DNA from: an uncultured virus (IMG/VR IMGVR_UViG_3300020048_003296)
Lineage: Duplodnaviria; Heunggongvirae; Uroviricota; Caudoviricetes
Length of the DNA: 20,000 nucleotides
IMG/VR virus record: IMGVR_UViG_3300020048_003296
Coordinates: 47,216-67,215 of that record
Strand: one strand, 5' to 3'
Positions 16,496-20,000 of the stretch are shown here, piece by piece. Made by a program: the position numbers and the translations under genes. The notes under the pieces are model-generated. The model was not told where the DNA came from. It saw nothing but the letters and a program-made list of their open reading frames with translations, and searched no databases. Numbering within the stretch: position 1 is the stretch's first letter; every line of letters begins with the position of its first letter.

Positions 16496-17903
16496 CCGGT
16501 TGCTGAAGTGGCATTGGTTTATTTAATTCTGCATATTGTTTTACTAATACTTTTTGTCTTGCAATTTCATTTGGTATTGTATCCCATTGTTCCTGCGTGG
16601 TATGGATATTATTTGCTTGTAACAAAAACTTTATTCTTTTTACGTTCTCTTGAATATTAATATCGTGGGCATGTGTAAGCTTCCCATTCTTGCATTGCTC
16701 GCATGTTTCGCCGGTATGATCTTCAAAATCATTGGCAACCACATTTACTCTGCAATTGGAACAATAAAATTGATTCTGCATTTTTAGCATATGGTCAACG
16801 AGATCGAGCCATGGCACCATTGATTCAACAAAAGCAACACCCATTTTTGTTTCGATTATAAATGCGCCGACACCAGCAAGATACGTTTCTGCGGCATGTG
16901 CTATAAATTGTTTACTTTGCGCCGGGAAATAATCGCCTACGCCTTGATGCTTTAAAACCTTTTCAATATCCATAAAAGGGATTTCCGTTATTGAACCATG
17001 ATCGGTTGTGTATACGGTTTGATTAGAAAGACGCCAAGCAGAAATCATGTTCTTTTTATAATAAATATGAATTGTATCCGACCACAAACCATTTTTAGTT
17101 TTTATCATTTTATCATTATAGACGAATGGATGGACGTGTTCTTCCCATTCTATTAAATCATTTTCATTTTTCTTTACTGTATAACTTGTAAACCTGTCCA
17201 ATTTTTCACTGTACGCGAAATCCACGCCCGCAAGGAATATATTTCCATAGCCAAGCATATCGGCCATAAACATTTGAACTGGCGGTGAGCAAGCAAAAAC
17301 GGTAATTTCTGTTGGAATATAAAATGTAAATAATGGATCACGGATTCCTTTTCCTTGGTCCACTCTATGCGTGTACATTATTTTCTGGTGTCTTAAATAC
17401 CAAGAATCAGGATTGCCCAATGTTTGAATAAAAAGTAATATTTCATTAGGCCAATTTTCTATGAGCGTTGGCCATGCTCCTGGTTGCGCGATTAGTTTTG
17501 TTTTTGTTTTTGACCAATCCACGCCTTCTATTTCTTCCCATGTGGAAAAAGGATCGAGCGCGATAATATGAGTTGGTTCAATCCCATGACGCATTAAAGT
17601 CAATGCGTGAGAAGTCGTGCAAAATATTCCTCCTTTCCAATCTTTTAAAAACTTTATTGAATGGTCGAGCGATGGACCAGAACCAATAACAAAGGCAGGA
17701 ATTTTATTTACTTTTGGTTCAAAGGAAACATCCCGCGCCGTTTTGTTATTAATTCTTTCAACAAGCCCATGCCAATTCATTGTGCTATTCAATTCTTCAT
17801 GGATTAATTGTTTTTGCAATGTGGCCTCATTGTATTGTGTAGAATTAACTGTTATTGCCGATTCTGTTCCAACTCCAAGTGGCACTACTACTTTTTCATT
17901 CAT
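16479..17903 (-). CDS. Maf / DUF115 (MptE-like) family protein, putative nonulosonic acid glycosyltransferase
   Basis: PAFVIGSGPSL...L...GIEPTHIIALDP and LGYGNIFLAGVDFAY signature motifs; close to a cytidylyltransferase gene. Confidence 0.75.
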   Translation of the reverse strand: MNEKVVVPLGVGTESAITVNSTQYNEATLQKQLIHEELNSTMNWHGLVERINNKTARDVSFEPKVNKIPAFVIGSGPSLDHSIKFLKDWKGGIFCTTSHALTLMRHGIEPTHIIALDPFSTWEEIEGVDWSKTKTKLIAQPGAWPTLIENWPNEILLFIQTLGNPDSWYLRHQKIMYTHRVDQGKGIRDPLFTFYIPTEITVFACSPPVQMFMADMLGYGNIFLAGVDFAYSEKLDRFTSYTVKKNENDLIEWEEHVHPFVYNDKMIKTKNGLWSDTIHIYYKKNMISAWRLSNQTVYTTDHGSITEIPFMDIEKVLKHQGVGDYFPAQSKQFIAHAAETYLAGVGAFIIETKMGVAFVESMVPWLDLVDHMLKMQNQFYCSNCRVNVVANDFEDHTGETCEQCKNGKLTHAHDINIQENVKRIKFLLQANNIHTTQEQWDTIPNEIARQKVLVKQYAELNKPMPLQQPDGHGE

Positions 17904-18118
17904 TCTATTGTTTCCCCTTCTTCCTCTATTACATCATCAATCATACCGGCAAGCATTATTTCCGCGCATGACAAAGCATCGCCTATTTTAGTCAATCCAT
18001 ATTTAGGTTTGTAATAATTTATTATCGCAACAAACCCGGCAAATATTTCTGGCAATGGATTGTCTACATCGATTAGTACAGGGTAAACTATTGTTTTCAT
18101 CTGTACTTTATCATTCAC
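17900..18118 (-). CDS. Hypothetical protein
   Basis: 72 aa, GTG start overlapping the upstream stop; ATGA overlap with the Maf-like gene. Confidence 0.5.
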   Translation of the reverse strand: MNDKVQMKTIVYPVLIDVDNPLPEIFAGFVAIINYYKPKYGLTKIGDALSCAEIMLAGMIDDVIEEEGETIE

Positions 18119-18933
18119 TAGTCGCCCCCAAAAGTTTGCGCACTATTCCCAAATGATTCTGGTATTGATACCGAACCAATAAACTTTTTATTTGTTTTCA
18201 AGTAATCAAAATATACTTCCGCGCCTCTGCCCTTCAAAATAAAATGTTCCATTACCACTTCCGCAAATTCAAACTCCTCAAGCGTATCCACATCTGCATA
18301 CTGCCAATACTGCTGTTCCCAATATGAAGTTTCACGGCATGTCCAATTATCCATATTATTTAAATCAGCATCCAAATCGGACATTTCACTCGCATACGTC
18401 ATATACCATTTTGGTGACGTAACAACCCATCCACCGCCTTCACCCAAATAATAGTAATTCTTTTTGAATATATCGAACCGTGCTTTTGTGGGTGACATTT
18501 TCTTATATAGAACCGCTTCGCGCCTTGGTATAAGTGGGCTTACCCTATCGCATCCATGATTCCGATATATTTTTATAGCAGAATCAAAATCGCCTGGAAG
18601 ATTCAATGGAGTGGTAGGGAGTATCGTCAACACTTCATTAAAATCATCGCCATACATTTTATATATTTCTTTTATCGCGTGAAGGAATGGGCGATTTCCT
18701 GCGGCTTGATCGGCGTCTGGCCAATCTGGGCGAACTATAACATGCGCGCCATATTCTCGTGCGATATTCATTATCTCATTATCATCGGTCGATACAAAAA
18801 CATCATCTATTAGTATTGAAGTTTTTGCTTGAATGATTGCCCACGCCACCAATGGCAACCCACAAAATTCCTTAACATTTTTCCTGGGAAGTCGTTTGCT
18901 TCCACCTCTTGCAATAATAATTGCTGCCGTCAT
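18118..18933 (-). CDS. Acylneuraminate (CMP-nonulosonic acid) cytidylyltransferase, NeuA/PseF/LegF-like
   Basis: IIARGGSKRLPRKN...G.PLVAWAI...VFVSTDD, PTTPL and C-terminal DVDTLEEF motifs. Confidence 0.88.
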   Translation of the reverse strand: MTAAIIIARGGSKRLPRKNVKEFCGLPLVAWAIIQAKTSILIDDVFVSTDDNEIMNIAREYGAHVIVRPDWPDADQAAGNRPFLHAIKEIYKMYGDDFNEVLTILPTTPLNLPGDFDSAIKIYRNHGCDRVSPLIPRREAVLYKKMSPTKARFDIFKKNYYYLGEGGGWVVTSPKWYMTYASEMSDLDADLNNMDNWTCRETSYWEQQYWQYADVDTLEEFEFAEVVMEHFILKGRGAEVYFDYLKTNKKFIGSVSIPESFGNSAQTFGGD

Positions 18934-19121
18934 TTCTTTGCTCCTTTATGATACTTTTTGTAAACATTATATAATTCTAATGCACGAATACCAGCGCATG
19001 CGATATTATGCCCAGAAACTCGAAATGGAGTTGCCAGGTTTTTATCATCGCAAATTGCCTGCCCAACCTCGATTAAACGCTCCAAATCCGCCCTTTTTAC
19101 GTCTACGCCACTAAACTGCAT
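18930..19121 (-). CDS. Hypothetical protein
   Basis: 63 aa, AAGGGG RBS, ATGA overlap with the cytidylyltransferase gene. Confidence 0.5.
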   Translation of the reverse strand: MQFSGVDVKRADLERLIEVGQAICDDKNLATPFRVSGHNIACAGIRALELYNVYKKYHKGAKK

Positions 19122-19153
19122 AAAATAACCCCTTTAAAACGCTCGCAATGGCG

Positions 19154-19230
19154 GTTTCCTGGGTCAACACGAGGTTTTCTACAGGAAAACGTATAATTAC
19201 GTGTCTAACCGCGTTTGCGTGCGTTGTAGA
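19154..19230 (-). repeat. Dispersed non-coding element, copy B (inverted relative to 6082-6158)
   Basis: Reverse complement shares blocks TCTACAA, ACGCAAA, TTATACGTTTTC, AAAACCTCGTGT and CCAGGAAAC with copy A. Confidence 0.85.
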
Positions 19231-19237
19231 CGATATT

Positions 19238-19414
19238 TCACCCATAAATAGTTTGTGCTATTTTCGGGTTTATGAATCCACGCGGATTTTCTAAAAGGCG
19301 ATTGTACCATATTTGCGCTTCCTCATATTCCTCGCTCATAGGGGAAACAATTTTCATTACTTGCGTATCCTCATCTATAGCAATAACAAAAAACTTTTCT
19401 TTTTCCATATTCAT
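19238..19414 (-). CDS. Small hypothetical protein not in the ORF track (58 aa)
   Basis: MNMEKEKFFVIAIDEDTQVMKIVSPMSEEYEEAQIWYNRLLENPRGFINPKIAQTIYG; starts 8 nt (GGAAGGAA) after the permease stop. Confidence 0.55.
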   Translation of the reverse strand: MNMEKEKFFVIAIDEDTQVMKIVSPMSEEYEEAQIWYNRLLENPRGFINPKIAQTIYG

Positions 19415-19422
19415 TTCCTTCC

Positions 19423-19998
19423 TTATTCTTTGACCGCCCCGCCGATTGAACTAACAAAGTACTTGTTAGCTAACAAAAATATAACAAGCAATGGTAATAA
19501 TAATACCGCGCCTACTGCTAATCCACGTCCTATTGGATTTAATGCCAAATCTCCTCCTCCACGTTCCATTGAATATCGCATAAGCCCGACTAATAAAGTT
19601 TGTTTATTTGGATCCTGTAAAACTAATGCTTGCCAAATATAATCTTGCAATGCCCCTACCGATGCAAAAATGGATAGTGCGGTTATTATTGGGATTGATA
19701 TTGGGAATACTATTTTACTCAATACTTGGAATTCAGTTGCACCGTCTATGCGTGCTGATTCTAATAATGATTGAGGGATTGTTTCAAAATACGTGCGTGC
19801 TAAATATAAACTAACAGGTGAAAAAAGTATTGGGAGTATTGTTGCGGTCAATGTACCAGATAAATGTAATTTTTTTATAATAACATAAACAGGTATTATT
19901 ATTGATATGCGCGGAATCATAATCCCAATAAGAAGTAATGCCCATATAATATTTTTAAACCTGAACTTGAAAAACGCGAAAGCATAACCGCCTGTGCA
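19423..19998 (-). CDS. Carbohydrate ABC transporter permease (MalG/UgpE-like), 5' end beyond the window
   Basis: EAA loop IPQSLLESARIDGATEFQVLSKIVFP; the frame stays open upstream of 19920 (CTGGYAFAFFKFRFKNIIW) to the window edge. Confidence 0.9.
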   Translation of the reverse strand, partial: CTGGYAFAFFKFRFKNIIWALLLIGIMIPRISIIIPVYVIIKKLHLSGTLTATILPILFSPVSLYLARTYFETIPQSLLESARIDGATEFQVLSKIVFPISIPIITALSIFASVGALQDYIWQALVLQDPNKQTLLVGLMRYSMERGGGDLALNPIGRGLAVGAVLLLPLLVIFLLANKYFVSSIGGAVKE

Positions 19999-20000
19999 TG

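Noticed and set aside
6082..19230. Terminal inverted repeats of a transposon or an active invertible segment
   Set aside because: Only ~75% identical, no transposase or recombinase in the window, and gene orientation and order are continuous across both copies.
17..19814. Plus-strand ORFs in the track (e.g. 603-1130, 3615-4058, 4156-4758, 5188-5631, 11494-11874)
   Set aside because: All are antisense shadows of well-supported minus-strand genes, with no recognisable motifs.
1..20000. Stop-codon reassignment, tRNA or rRNA genes
   Set aside because: Genes are full length under code 11 with TAA, TAG and TGA all used as stops; no cloverleaf or rRNA-like sequence was seen in the few intergenic gaps.

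Overview
A 20-kb fragment of a tailed dsDNA phage or prophage (siphovirus-type, SPP1-like head), probably a metagenomic scaffold with two 10-N gaps. Essentially all genes are on the minus strand. Reading from 20000 down to 1: a partial carbohydrate ABC permease; an acylneuraminate-cytidylyltransferase-like gene and a Maf/DUF115-like gene; small ORFs including DUF4406; terS, terL, portal and MuF-like minor head protein; an inserted five-gene Ser/Thr/Gly-rich fibre-like module; scaffold, major capsid, head-tail joining genes, tail tube; and a tail assembly chaperone with a -1 slippery site. The most unusual feature is four dispersed, otherwise divergent, ~30% Lys/Arg microproteins that all start MGGPGSGR(K/R)K(G/N)S, interleaved with the packaging and head genes, plus an AT-hook-bearing basic protein coupled to the scaffold. 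Other highlights: a possible nonulosonic-acid protein-glycosylation pair, a DUF2292/YezD-like protein followed by a hairpin-plus-terminator leader in front of the capsid operon, and a 77-bp non-coding element present twice in inverted orientation 13 kb apart. All family assignments come from motif recognition and synteny by eye; no database searches were run.
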